Shown: positions 12,140-25,627, counted from the first letter of the stretch. The stretch: DNA of 64,000 nucleotides from Octopus vulgaris (GCA_951406725.2 OX597814.1:184140001-184204000); one strand, 5' to 3'. Made by a program: numbers and translations. The notes: a model not told the origin generated them from the letters alone.

Positions 12140-13540
12140 GCAAAAAATATTTTGATTTAGATGAGAATTATTAACGACAGTAGATTTTCACTGGAATGAA
12201 AATTATCGTACCTTCTCGGAAATATTTGAAGAATTCTCAATAATATCTAGCTTTTTTTCTGTCACACACGAAAAATATTAACGCTGTTGTGCTTACGAGA
12301 AATGACATGTCGGGTGAGTTTGCGTTGAAGAAAATTTAAAATGGAGTAAGATCGAATGCATACATACATACATACATACATACATACATAAATACATACA
12401 TACATAAATACATACATATATTGGGGCCCTGAGATATGTAGCACACTGCCTAAATATCAATCTTGAGAAATTAGGCATCTCAAAACTAGAAAGGAGAAAC
12501 CTAATTCGAAGATTACAGATCCAATCCATCACTGGAACTGTAAAAATCTGTAAAACTTTCCAGAAGTTTAGCATTTAAATATATACGAGCATGCCTAGAT
12601 ATGCAACGGTTATGCTCGTAATTGGTATCACTGGAACTGTAAAAATCTGTAAAACTTTCCAGAAGTTTAGCATTTAAATATATACGAACATGTCTAGATA
12701 TGCAACGGTTATGCTCGTAATTGGTATCACTGGAACTGTAAAAATCTGTAAAACTTTCCAGAAGTTTAGCATTTAAATATATACGAGCATGTCTAGATAT
12801 GCAACGGTTATGCTCGTAATTGGTATTTAACCAAGATAGGTCGTTAAATATTAACTTTATTGCTGACAAAAGTATGGTAGTGAAGTAAATGTGTCACATG
12901 TTACATATACATAAGTACTCCAGCTCATAGTGTTGAATAGAATACCAATACCTTCGCAATCTTTTTATATTGATATGAAGAAAACAAACGGACCATCAAT
13001 CACCACAGCAAATTTAGATGGAATTATTTTTAGACACAACGTCTACTGCAAATGAAAGGTCAGTCGAAACATAAGCTTTATTTTTGCAATTATTTATGAG
13101 TGAAGAAAAGAGAAATGAATAAGGAGACTCATATTTACTAAGCACGAAAATAACATGGTTGCCGTTTAAGAACTTCTCAACGGATCGTAGTGAAGAATAT
13201 TTACAATATTTGAGGACCCCGGACAACTGGATTGACGTATTTGAAAATAATACAAAAGTAAACGTGTACAGGAAATATTTGTCAGAAAGACATAAAAATC
13301 ATTGCACGAGTAAACGTCCTGTAAGGTAGGATGTAATTTCTTGATACGTATATATTGCATGCAGCAAATAAATACATTACGTTTTACATTGGAGGGTATG
13401 TGATATACTTAGAAAAAGCATTCCCGTAAAAAAAACTTTACAGAGTAATATATTTAATATTGCTTCGTCGATCGAAAATATGGTATGTATTCTCGAAGAG
13501 GCTAGTTGCCAAGTAAAAGTCAAGGAGAATAAAGAATAAC
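12140..13540 (+). pseudogene. PA: Influenza-like PA central fragment, interrupted by microsatellite plus LINE tail (12357-12826)
   Basis: NENY/NPNY; GEFALKKI/GENMAPEKV; LFLDT/VYINT; NFSTD/EFSLTD; RP..YVYIACSK*IHYVLHW/RP..YVRTNGTSKIKMKW; IENMV/IESMI. Confidence 0.65.
12421..12826 (+). mobile_element. 3' end of an RLE-type non-LTR retrotransposon with the terminal 99 bp triplicated
   Basis: LGALRYVAHCLNINLEKLG...LIRRLQIQSITGTVKICKTF*. 99-bp units start at 12528, 12627 and 12726. Related minus-strand copy at ~21185-21413. Confidence 0.75.
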
Positions 13541-13729
13541 TCACAAATCGAAAACTTCATTTCTTGTTGTTTTTTTATATATATTCTGGATATATATTCT
13601 CCATGTAAACTCTGGCGTTCATGAACTTTATTTATCTAACGAAAGTTCGCTGTATACCCAATCATATTCTCTTAAATAGAAAATATAAAAAAAAAAGAAG
13701 AGTAGCTGTCATTTAACCTATCAATAGTG

Positions 13730-14990
13730 AAATGAAAACATGAAACAACTTCTCTATTTTAGTGAAATGGAAGAACATTTGTATACAAATATAATAAGTA
13801 TATAGTCAAAAACGACATCTGGTGATACTATATACGATCCATCAACCAGACCTCGAATGGTTTCCAGTTGCCTTCAGCAGTATTTCTGACAAAAACACGA
13901 CTAAGTGCCAGAAGTAATATTGAACTCTCACAACAAGATTAGGTTGTTCAATATCTTATAATTGACAGAAAAAACATTCAAAAGTGCATCACAAGCAAGC
14001 ATTATTAACGATATTCTTAAGGCGGCGAGCTGGCAGAAACGTTAGCACGCCGGGCGAAGTACGTAGCCGTATTTCGTCTGCCGTTACGTTCTGAGTTCAA
14101 ATTCCGCCGAGGTCGACTTTGCCTTTCATCCTTTCGGGGTCGATTAAATAAGTACCAGTTACGCACTGAGGTCGATGTAATTGAATTAATCCATTTGTCT
14201 GTCCTTGTTTGTCCCCTCTTGTGTAGCCCCTTGTGGGCAGTAAAGAAATAAGAATCTTTAGCACGCCGGGCAAAATGCTTAGCGGTATTTTGTCAGAGTT
14301 TACGTTCCGAGTTCAAATTCCTCCAAGGTCGACTTTGCCTTTCATTCTGTCGCGATCGATAAAATAAATACCAATCAAGCACTGGGGTCGATGCAACTGA
14401 CGAGCCCCTTCCCCAAAATTTGAATTTCTGAGCCTATAGTAGAAAAAATTATTAGCGACCATCTCTGTTAGTGCTTTATAGAAAGCGGAATTGAATACTA
14501 GATCGATTAATGCATTGGAGTGTTTAAGCAAGTTTCCAGCTTACTAAAAAGACTAAGTATCTTTCATTTCGTGCCTCAGTGTTTTAATCAAGTTATTCTC
14601 CATACTTACGATTTCTAGTCTGAAGCGCCCGTAATTAAATGCAGAAACGCAGGGGAACAGTTAAAGAGACACCCATGTACCAAGCATTCATGAGTACACA
14701 TACACGTGCACACATGACACAAATACGCATTATCTGTCTGTCTATATGTATGTGTGTATGATTGTGCAGTTGTGTATGTATCTATGTTTCAGTGTGTGTA
14801 TGTGTGTATTTTTGCATATTTAATTGATATTCCATTTTTTTTTCTTGCAGTCACATAGATATTTAACATATCTCTTTAGTTTCTTGGCTTATTTGAAATA
14901 TTTTATTAAGCTTTTTAAATAGTTTTGATTTACTTTGGGGATGACTAACGGTGTGTTGAGTGTAACACTTACGTGTCTCATCTTGAGTGA

Positions 14991-15035
<45 letters not shown>

Positions 15036-16200
15036 AGTGTCACGCAGGCAGTCAAATGGACAGGGCAGATATTCAACAAGGACAGAAAAATAGAAGACAT
15101 TTTATTTAAGGAAGCGCAAAACCTATTTTCTATATTACCTGCTATATTTTCTATTGATTCGAAAACATTTTGATATAGATAAAGCTGTTAGGGAATTGAA
15201 GTTAGGCTAACAACAGAAAAAATCTAGAGAGCGATTTCGATTACTGTCGAATGGAAAGGTGAAAAGAGGAAGAAAAGGTAAAATGCATTAATATAATGAA
15301 TAGCTAAGTGAAGATCTAGCCACCATTTCTAGCAATCAAATTATATTAGATTTACGAAGTCAGTTTGTTTCATTATATTTTTATAAATGTATATATTTTA
15401 GTATATACATTTTTTATATAAGTTGTTTGAGGAAATGATTGAACACTTGAATTTTAAAAAAAAAGAGTTGAGTGATAAGGTGGAGGGCAGAAAAGGTGGG
15501 GAAGTGTGTATGTCTGTTGGAATTGAGGTCAATCGGATTGGTAAGTAGATGGTCAGACATTACTAGGAGTGATTTCAACAGCAAGGCAGACATGTTAATT
15601 GAATGAGTTCAATACTTCTGAGAGTGAAGCTATTATCATTTTCGTTTTTCCAGTAATTATCATTACTTCGCCGCCCCGCCGCTGCCACCACCATCTCTAT
15701 CATTATTTCTATGCCATTTCATCATCATCATCGTATTCGTAGTCGTCGTCATTGCTGCCCTTATCACCAGCGTTATTATCCTCATTTTCATCATTAACAT
15801 TGCTTTTATTTCAAGGAAATTGTTAAGAAAGTGAAAGACTGTTCTTGATTAGAATGATGTATGAAACATGAACATGAGAGGTACGTTTCATGCTCTACTC
15901 AATTCTAGCGGCCTATTATGAAGATATCACTGTACCATAGTAATGTCAGAAGCTACCGTTGGAACTTGACAGTCACTATCTTTAACTAACAGGTCTATAA
16001 TATGGAGAAAGTTTGACGTCGTAAAACTATCTCAGATAGAACGTTCTGTATTTATTCATGTATAATGAGAAAATTTGATAGAACATATCAAGGTCAAGAG
16101 GGTTATGCTGAGTAACATCATGCACAAGTGTTGTTTAAAATAAAACCTATACTTATGAAAAATGTGGGAGATGCACATTATTCGAGATTGCATTATACAA
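13730..16200 (+). pseudogene. PB1: Near-full-length decayed influenza-like PB1, split by a SINE and microsatellites
   Basis: In order: FIESGI..IGVFKQV/FRSNGL..IDFLKDV (14480); GDD*RCVE/GDNTKWNE motif A (14940); QNLFSILPAIFS/RNVLSIAPIMFS (15115); EDLATIS/EGTASLS; VGI/LGI; NSKADMLI/NESADMSI (15580); EATVGT*QSLSLTNRSII/DAVATTHSWIPKRNRSIL (15950). Confidence 0.7.
14019..14447 (+). mobile_element. SINE family B dimer inserted in PB1
   Basis: aaggcggcgagctggcagaaacgttagcacgccggg head. Diverged TSD attattaacgatattct / attattagcgaccatct. Confidence 0.85.
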
Positions 16201-16221
16201 GATATAAAAAAAATTAATAAA

Positions 16222-16464
16222 TGCGCCCTTTTAAAGCCTAGCCAGGCTCATAGGCCCGGTTTCCTGGTTTCAATGGCGTATGTGTTCCCCAGCTGGACGG
16301 GACGCCAGTCTATCGCAGCGTTACTCATTTTTACCAACTGAGTGGACTGGAGTAACGTGAAATGAAGTGTTTTGCTCAAGAACACAACGCGTCCCCCGGT
16401 CAAGGAATCGAAACCACAATCTTACGATCATGATGCTGACACCCTAACCACTAAGCCACGCGCC
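16222..16464 (-). mobile_element. tRNA-derived SINE family C
   Basis: Reverse complement starts ggcgcgtggcttagtggttaggg with B box gtttcgattcc; similar to 59989-60240. Confidence 0.85.
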
Positions 16465-16719
16465 TTATAAAGTACATGCGCGAGCAGACAACCCACACAT
16501 TCATACACACACATACCTAAAGTTTGTTTGTTGTACAGAAGAATTTGTTCCGTATCCCTATGGTTTGGAAACATGCAAATTCTGCTATGTGTACGAGCAT
16601 ATATATGCCCTCATTTCGGCATGGTTGAGTATTATCAATGCATACAATTATTACGCATAATCCTTCAATGATGGTAAACTAAATGATAATAAACTGAACA
16701 TGTGTGTACTACACGATGA

Positions 16720-17052
16720 AGTCGCATGGCTCAGTGATTAGAGCGTCGAGATTACGATCGTGAGGTTGTGAATGCTTTTCCTGAACCGGGCTGTGTGTTG
16801 TGCTCTTGAGCAAGACACTTTATTTCACGTTGCTCTTGTTCACTCAGCTGTCGAAATGAGTTGCAGCATCTCTGGTGCTAAGCCTTATCGGCCTTTGACT
16901 TTCCCTTGGATAACATCAGTGGCATGGAGAAGAGAGGCTGGTATGCATGGGCAACTGTTGGTCTTCTGTAAAATAACCTTGACTGGACTTGTGCCTGGGA
17001 GGGTAACTTTCTAGGTGCAATCCCATGACTCGTCGTGACAGAAGGGGGTCTC
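16720..17052 (+). mobile_element. tRNA-derived SINE family D
   Basis: cgcatggctcagtgattagagcg head; homologous to 50338-50672. Confidence 0.85.
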
Positions 17053-17059
17053 TCACACG

Positions 17060-17480
17060 GTGAATATTATTCTAATTCTACCAAAGAAAAACTATTTGGA
17101 AATATTTATGGAGAAATGAAATGAATTATATAATACGTAGAATAGAGAGGACTAATGAACCAGAGATTACAACAGAAAAGTACAATAGTCCCAATTTAAA
17201 GTGTTTGAGATATCCACTGTGAAATAGTTAAAAGCCTAGAAGTATTCCAAAATGACTGCCTTGTTTGTTTTTAATCTTTGATCTCAAAGCTTTAACTTGC
17301 TTCAGTTATTGGACTGTAAATAATGTAAAATTTAAAACCAGCAATAATGATTTCCTGGATAAGTGAAACATCGGACTTAAGATCAAAGTAAGAGATCTTG
17401 ATAACTGGCGACAAATGAAGCAAAAATATGAGATAATTAAAAAACACAAATAGTTTCCTCTGTGACAAGTAAGAAATGTA
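17060..17480 (+). pseudogene. PB1: Possible additional PB1 fragment (motif F to A region)
   Basis: QRLQQKSTIVP/GKLKRRAIATP and EILITGDK/SFTITGDN; weak and frameshifted. Confidence 0.3.
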
Positions 17481-17549
17481 ACCACACGTGGACGGTTGTT
17501 GATTTTCGTTTTTCCTTCTTTAGACTTTTCCCTTTTTTCTTTTCGACGA

Positions 17550-18122
17550 AGTGTGGATTTGGTGGACGGAAACTGAAAGAAGCCCATCGTATATATGTAT
17601 TTGTTTGTGATTTTGTGTCTATGTTTGTTTCCCCACCATTGCTCTACGACCGATGTTGGTGTGTTTACATCCTCCTAACTTAACGGTTCGGCAAAAGAGA
17701 CGATAGAATAAGTATTAGGATTACAAACAATAGGCCCTGGGGTTAAGTTGTTCGACTTTAAAACGGTGCTCCAGCATGGTCGCAGTCAAATGTCTGAAAC
17801 AAGTAAGAGAATGAAAGAATATATATATATATATATAAAAGCATTGTGAGTGGATTTGGTAGACGGAAACTGAAAGAATCCCGTCGTATATGTGTATATA
17901 TATATATATGTTTGTGTGTCTGTGTTTGTCCCCCCCCCAACATCGCTTGACAACCGAAGCTGGTGTGTTTACATCCCCGTAACTTAGCGGTTCGGGAAAA
18001 GAGGCCGATAGAATAAGTACTAGGCTTACAAAGAGTAAGTCCTGGAGTCGATTTGTTTGACTAAAAGCGGTGCTCCAGCATGGCCGCAGTGAAATGACTG
18101 AAACAAGTAAAAGAGTAAAAGA
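17550..18122 (+). mobile_element. Two tandem 5'-truncated SINE family A copies
   Basis: Both contain gacggaaactgaaaga and the cttagcggttcgg...gctccagcatgg 3' module. Confidence 0.85.
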
Positions 18123-19444
18123 GCAAAGCGCACGCATGCACGCACACACACGCGCGCGCGCGCTCACAAACTCTCACACACGTATGAGTGTGTGTACCCG
18201 CATTTATGAATACATTCAATGTTAGCAGAAAAGTTGACATATAATAGTCAGATACAAAGAGACTGAAATGGGATGGAAAAGTTTTTTTAATAGCACACAA
18301 TTTTTTTTCACTTCTCGTCATATTTTTTGATTCTGTAAAAAAAAAAATCCTGAAAACAAATATGTATTTATTTCAAAAGAGACAATACAGAATTCATAAT
18401 TCTGCATCGTGAGACGCGGAAACATTTACTGCTAGAATTTTCTTCAATTTCCTCCATTTTTCATTATTATATCTTTCCCTTTGTCTTTCGGTTCTGCCTT
18501 GGGAGTATCAACGCCAACGGCAATCCTAAGGTAGTAAGACATTTAAAAAAAAAAAAATTAATATAATGCAAAGGAACACACAAACATACAACCTTAAAAT
18601 TCTGTCTAGTGTGTTAGGTTAACGGCAGACAATATGGAGGACAGATACACAAAAATATGCATGCACACACACATACAGGCGCATGCGTGTAGAGCAAATG
18701 GATATGAAATGATCTACGAATGAAAAATGAAGCGAAAGAAATAATTCTAACAGAAGGAAAATAAGGATAAATAAATGAGTAAATGTCGAAGAAAAATGAA
18801 AATAGAAGGCAGGAAAGAAAGAAGAGAAGGAAATAATGTCGTATTAGTCTTTCAGCTGGAAAACTTTGCTCTGTGACTCAGTGAGGTAAATATTCGGAGA
18901 ACTTTGCCTCAGCTTATAAATTAAAGAGAAACAATATTTTAAAAAAATAATGGAACAGGGTGGGGAAAAAATGAAAGAAATTGAGCCAAGATAAATAGAA
19001 GACTTTCTCTTTCGTTTCAGTTGTGGTCTGATTCTCCTTCTAGCTATTGCCATGTTCCTCCTAAAATTCTTCTTTCGCTTTATAACACGTAAAATGAACT
19101 GCGAATGATAATACATTTTTACAGGCATAATTGCTTGCCAGCTAGCCCGGGTATCCTCCTACTCTTTATCCTTCTTCTTTCCTCCTCCTTCTCCTCCTCT
19201 TTCTTCTTCATCTTTTTCTTCTTCTTAACATCATTATCACAATTTCAATTTGCATTAATAATAAAGATAATAACACCACCAACAACAATAAATAACAATA
19301 ATAATATTGATAATAATAACATTCTCATCGTCATTATTTTTTGTCATGACCATCATCATCACTACTATTGCTATTGCTGTCATCATTATTATTATCATCA
19401 TCATTATTATTATCATCATCATTATCATTATTATCATTATTATC

Positions 19445-19479
<35 letters not shown>

Positions 19480-19782
19480 TATTATATTTTATCCACCTAT
19501 CTGTTATCAGCGCCATTGTCAATATTGTCTTTGTTATTAGCCTCATATCTACTTGTTTATATTTCATTTTCATGTATTTATTTTCTATTTATTCATTAAT
19601 TTGACTGGGTAGATGTTGCCAGGGGAAAAATAGTTCGAGATATATTTGCCTCAAGGAAACGGAAAAAGTAAGGTGATAAGATTACTCTATCAATTCTTCC
19701 TTCTCTTTGGATCCAGATTTCAGATGCCATTGTTCTCTTGATATACATTGTAATATATTGTGTGTGTATATATATAATGATT

Positions 19783-19816
<34 letters not shown>

Positions 19817-20309
19817 ATGTGTGTATATATATATTTATATATACTCACACACACACGCGCACGCTTACAAGAAGCAGCCGTACCCACCCTTGGAATGCTT
19901 ATAGAAAGTATCAGAAAAACTGATCTTTCCTTAAAAAAGGTGCGAAATTACATATACAAATTTACGTACGTATGTATGCGTTTATGCATTTATGTATGTA
20001 TCTGTCTGTCTGTCTTTCTGTATGTATGTATGTGTGTCTGTGTCTGAGTGTGCATGTGCGCGTGCGCGCATCTGCGTATAGACTAAGACTTTTTTCAAGA
20101 GGAAATTTAAAAATATAGCCAACATTTCTGGAGCTCACCTAAGTAGCATATCTTTAAACTCCTATATATTATTTTAATGCAATGGGATATATGATATTGC
20201 AGAAGAGTTGAAATTACATTCGCATTCTCTCATGCTTACTTGTATTTTAGTACTGTAAATATGTGGATGGCAGACAGTTTATGCGTAAAAGCAAAAATAA
20301 ATGTACTCA

Positions 20310-20790
20310 ATACTTGTACTTCTACTTGTGACGGCGTTAGCCCAGGGCGGGTTGAGCCGGCTTCTTCTCTGGTCCTGACGGCATCACGAACCCTGGCGGC
20401 CCACGCTCGACAGTCCTGTGCGAGGTCACTGGATATAGCGAGCCATTCACGGTTCCATCTGCACAGACCGACCACCTGCAGACCTGAGAGTTCGGTGAGG
20501 TCCTCCTTTATCATCGTTGCCCAGGTCTTCAGCTGCCCGCCTATGCATTTGCACCAGTTGGGAAGTGGAGGTGGGAGGAGGACATCGCGAATTAGCTCAC
20601 CCTCTGGACACCGGGCCGCATGACCGAACCACCCTAAGCGCCGCTGTATAAGCACCGAAGGCGATGACGAAGTCCGGCTGTAAGAACCCGTTCAATGCAT
20701 CGGCAGCGAAGAATGCGGCAGAGACAGTCATTGTGGAACACCTCCAGCCTTCGCTGATCGACTACCCTCATAGGCCATGTTTCACAACCT
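20310..20790 (-). mobile_element. RTE-clade LINE 3' fragment
   Basis: GCETWP...RRLEVF; ORF 20236..20655 RRLGWFGHAAR...GGQLKTW...LAQD; (CAAGTA)n-like tail. Confidence 0.88.
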
Positions 20791-21539
20791 TTGGTAAATG
20801 TATTGATTACGTAAATTGGTGCACCAGTTTTATTAGAATGTGAAGCTACTTAAAATTGTAATTCTTTTCATGGTGCTGATTATTCATGAGTTTTACGTAA
20901 AGAAGCAGCGTGATAATATATATGGCAAAAATAGCCGTAAAAACACATCGAAATATCAATAATCGTAGACACTAGATTGTCTGAGAAAACTGTTAGAAGA
21001 TAGGCCATGCATTCATCTATTCATTTATCATACGCAGAACATTTGATACGTTATTTTCTTCCTATGCATTTAGCGCAACTATATCGGGATGCTGCTGCGA
21101 ATTTTCATCAGAACACGAACATTTGAATACTAAAATCACGGCAATTTAAAAATTATGTATGTATGCATGTACGTTTGAATGTATGTCATTATTCAATTTT
21201 ATTTAAAGATTTCTTGCCAACAGCTGCTTTCTAACCTAGATCCAAGACTCATTGGAATTTCAACAACATGATCAAGGTATTTTTGCATTTTTGTATGTAT
21301 ATATCCATATTATTATGTTTTATTTTATATATGCATTCTTATACATACATTTGCATATCTAGACATGCTCATATATACTTAAATGATTAATTTCTGGAAA
21401 GTTTTACAGATTTGATGTATGTATGCAGGCATACCCACACGGATACACAAGACGCATATACATACACATATATAATTCCGGGACGGCGATAATTCAGATG
21501 CTTGATCGCACGTGGGAGTAGGTATTCTGTGCATATTCT

Positions 21540-21710
21540 TTTATTCTTCTATTTTTTTTACTTATTTCATTCAGTAGAATGCGGCCATGCTGTAGCACCG
21601 CCTTGACGTTCTAGCCAAATGAATCAACCCTAGTACCTAGTACTCGTTTGACGAACCATTAAGTTACGGGAACGCAAACACTTCTAAACCAGTTATCAAG
21701 CGGTGGGGGG
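21540..21710 (-). mobile_element. Degenerate SINE family A 3' half
   Basis: gcggccatgctgtagcaccgcc...gaaccattaagttacggg resembles the reverse of the family A tail. Confidence 0.65.
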
Positions 21711-21746
21711 AACACACACACACACACTCACACACACACGCACACA

Positions 21747-21829
<83 letters not shown>

Positions 21830-21830
<1 letters not shown>

Positions 21831-23480
21831 AACAATGAAAATATCAAAAACGTAAAAGAATTTTTATATCTTGGTACTCTTATTACCAACCAGCCACAAT
21901 GACAGCCATAAAAATCAAGAAGACTTGGCATAGCCAGAGATACTGCATAGTATCACTAGAACAGCATATGAAAGAGCAAGGCCATATGGAAGAAAGCGAG
22001 CACAAAAAATGACTCTTCAATTCATTTATAAGGGAAATAGATTAAAGGAAGAATTAAGGTATTTGAACAAATGTGCTGGTAGAGGCATTCTCAGAATAAG
22101 CTGGACAGACAAAAAACAAACTGACAAACTTCACAAGATAAAATTCTTCACAAGATAACAGGAAAGACTGTTGAAAATACTATCATGAAAAGAGAAATGG
22201 AACTTTACAAGACATAGAACCCTGACAAGTTCCTGTTAACAGATGCAAGAATATGACAAAAGGACAAGAGAAAAGATCTGAAACTAATTTCAACAATAAC
22301 ATCAAAGAAGCTGAAGTGGTGGAAATTTTGCAGAACTATGCAGAATAGCACAGGACAGACATGGGTGTAGGCTGTAGTGCAGCTCAATTATTTGAGCCTT
22401 CTGTCTTGAGAAGATATTACCACCTTCATGCACAGTTGTCCCATTAGGTTTCATAATCAATCTACAACACTTTGATAACTATCACACATACCTACCATTG
22501 AGAGAGACTTCAATACAATCGGCACATCAAGACTTTATATGGTACAGATAACAAGAGATGTGACATAATACGCCCTAAACATTTCCACACCAGAGAGACA
22601 CACATACAGCACCAAGCAACTACACAACTCTTTCCCAAATATCATTGCCAGCTTACCACATAAGCTTTCCCCAACTCTTCTTCAGATCAATTGGTCAATT
22701 TATCATCAGTACTCGCACAACAATGAATAAAGCACTTTTACAAACTTCAAAAACAAAACTACAATGGAATGAGTTCCATCAAGAAACAGATTTATTATTT
22801 CCGAAGTTAAACATCACAAATACCAACACTGCAGTAAATACAGTCAACAAAATAATTTATAGTTACATCAAAAACCATATATTCTACAAGACATATAAAA
22901 TACAACCCATACCAGAAATAGCTGGTTTCATAAAAACCTTGATAATTTTAAGATGCAATTAATCAAAATCACGCACAACTGGAATACAATTCAGTATCAA
23001 CAACTAAAATAAATCATAGAAAACTAGAGGGCTGGCAAATATTTATGTTCAAAATAAACCACAAAATTAACAGTAATACAATATGCAGAATAATTAGCAG
23101 CAACAACGCTTATGCCACACCCCATGTCACACTAACTGTGCACATGTTGTGAAAACTTAAGCATTGAGCGCAAAGTTTATGCAAAGCTATAAAAAAAAAA
23201 CAGAAATGATCATATGCCACTGAATGTGTAATGTCTGGATACAAGAATGACAGAACAAATGATCTGAGAAAACCCTAGTAATTATAGAAATTCGATGTAA
23301 TGTGCAAGAGAAAGGCTGCATTGGAACGGACATACAGAGGGAGGATAATTGGGTACAAAGTACCAAACACTCTGGAGTGAAATGAATATTCAGAAGAGGA
23401 AGGCTGAGAAAGATAGTGGGGAGTGAAAAGGAGTCAACAGGTTGATAGCTGATATCAGAAGACATGCACCCAGTGCGTTA
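21830..23480 (+). mobile_element. Old degenerate LINE fragments (RTE-like RT pieces and an endonuclease-like piece)
   Basis: NVKEFLYLGTLIT, FEQMCW, RDFN and RLHWNGH remnants with many stops. Confidence 0.5.
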
Positions 23481-23979
23481 GACATCGAAGAAGTATTTGT
23501 TGTTCCTACTTACTATTCTGATAACCAGTGAATCTTTCTGAGTAATTTTGCGTATTATTATGCAAAGTTTTCTACCAATAAAATAGCAAGTTGAACGTTC
23601 GCATGTTTGCTTATTTTATAAAACATACAGCCAGCCTCATCTTTCAATTTAAGGATACAGCAGCATTCTTGGTCACAACCAACCACGTGATGAAGTGATC
23701 GTCAGTAAACATACACCATAAGCAAGCTTCTGAAAGGAGAAACATAAGATATTCCCATTACTGAAAGCATAGAACTATGAGGAAATTTTTTGAAAAAATA
23801 TTTATAAAATAAAAAATGAGTGAAGTGCATATTCATCAAGTGTTTACCTCCTAATTCTTACACTTCAGCTATGTTTTATATTTTATTGGTTTCAGCTCAA
23901 AGCTATTGTGGCCATGCTGGGGTACCGCTGTTTTGCTACACTGTTATTATTCAGAGCCTCCTCTTATATGTGGCATTGG

Positions 23980-24630
23980 GTGAATAAGCGAGTTTGATGT
24001 CAGGCAACCACTCATTTGCACCACTGCCGCAATTGGTAGGTTCATCTGGGACTCTCGACAGGAAGAGATCCAGTTTTGATTTGAAAACTCCTACATCCAC
24101 TTTTTGTAGGTCCCTCAGGCTCTTTGGGAGAATATTAAAAAGCTGTGGGGTCTTTGAAACCCAGGGCTGTCGCAGTAACTGGTCCTGAAGCGCAATGGCA
24201 TTGTTGGGATGTTTGGCACTGTGCAGTAGGGACCCATTCTGGCATTTGAGTAAATTTCAATGCCAAAATTTGGCACAGTTCCTACATGATTTTCCAAATC
24301 TACATTACTGCATAATCTCTCCCTCCTCTTCGCGTTTCAGCCTTTCCCAGTAGCTGAGCTGTTGCAATGAGACGATCTTCTTTGTGAAGCTTCGCTGGAA
24401 TGCTTCCAAGGTTCGCTGTTAATCTTACACTGCGGGGTGACCATAGCTGGGAGCAGTAGTCCAAGCGGTTGAGGACGAATGTCCTCCAAGAGGACTATCA
24501 TGGTTCCATTCTCTCTGATTCTGAATGTTCTTCAGGATCCAGCCGTTGTACTTTGTCGCCATCCCGGCAATGTGCACTTGGAAAAGAGGTATCATACACT
24601 CCAAGTGTCGATACCCAGGTCTCGCACCTG
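23980..24630 (-). mobile_element. Degenerate CR1-group LINE ORF2 C-terminal fragment
   Basis: RDLG, GWIL, RRER, GTVPNFGI, FNILP and VPDEP motifs across frames. Confidence 0.75.
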
Positions 24631-25178
24631 ATTTACTAATTGCCAATACATTCGCATTGTTTTCTATATGCATATATGTTTGCATAGCTGAAAGAAGATG
24701 CGAGTCTACTGAATCTTGTTGCCTTCTGCCACTTGATTTCGAAAAAAAAAAAGTGAGAAATCCAAGGGACATTCATTTCTGTTCTGACTTTTGTGGCATG
24801 ATCTCTTGCAATACAATTGCTCGATAAACAAAACTTACATGCGATAATTTGCATACTTTATTTGTGGCACTACCCGTGTGATAAATGAAAAGAATGGGAT
24901 TCAAATGCTAGTTCTTGCTACAGTCTACTACCAGTGAAAAAGTTACAAACAACAAATGAAACATCATTTGTAGTAAAATTTACATATAAATGATAACAGA
25001 ATGTGTAATTATAAGTACAAAGGAAGAACAAAGTGTAAATATGATAATGTTTGTAACCTGGATAATAAAGGAGAAAAAATATATTATAACCATATACAAG
25101 CAATAGAAATGCAGTATAAAATTATTATTATTGTTGTTGTTGTTGTTGTTGTTATTGTTATTATTATCATTATTATTA

Positions 25179-25235
<57 letters not shown>

Positions 25236-25254
25236 CATTATTATTATTATTATT

Positions 25255-25627
25255 ATGTTTTTTTCCTTCTTTCTTCAAATTTTCTTCCGTTTCTCGCCGA
25301 GTGTTTTCCATACACCTTAGGACAGAGAAGCTCATTGTATGTATCTCAGGATTACACGCGCAAATTCACAGATAAAATATGTATTCAAAAATTAATAAAT
25401 AAATAAATTCATGGATGGATGTTGTTTTCATTAGCGGCCATAATGCTCTTCTGCAGTACATGAGCTGTTCCAGTTAATACGATTTTTTGCACTTCCTGTA
25501 GGGTTGGTAAGCCTGGTATCATTTTCAACAGGTTTGTGCAGTACCCTTTTTTCATCATTCCTAGAGATCCTACAATCACTGGTACTGTAGTCGCCTTGAG
25601 ATGCCACATTTTTTCAATTTCTATTAG

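Larger units (their letters stand above)
18980..25100 (-). pseudogene. PB2: Influenza-like PB2 copy C, scattered between transposon insertions (pieces ~24640-25100, 23480-23870, 20790-21140, 20100-20310, 19600-19750, 18980-19140)
   Basis: Collinear: SAMQTYM/PLMVAYM; ELGGKHL/QIGGIRM; VMGISYVSPF/AMGLRISSSF; LTVFSD/AMVFSQ; PYILSRCF/PMHQLLRHF; IFPLA/LLPFA; LKRKRKSSI/MKRKRDSSI (C-terminal NLS region, ORF 18844..19128). Confidence 0.65.
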
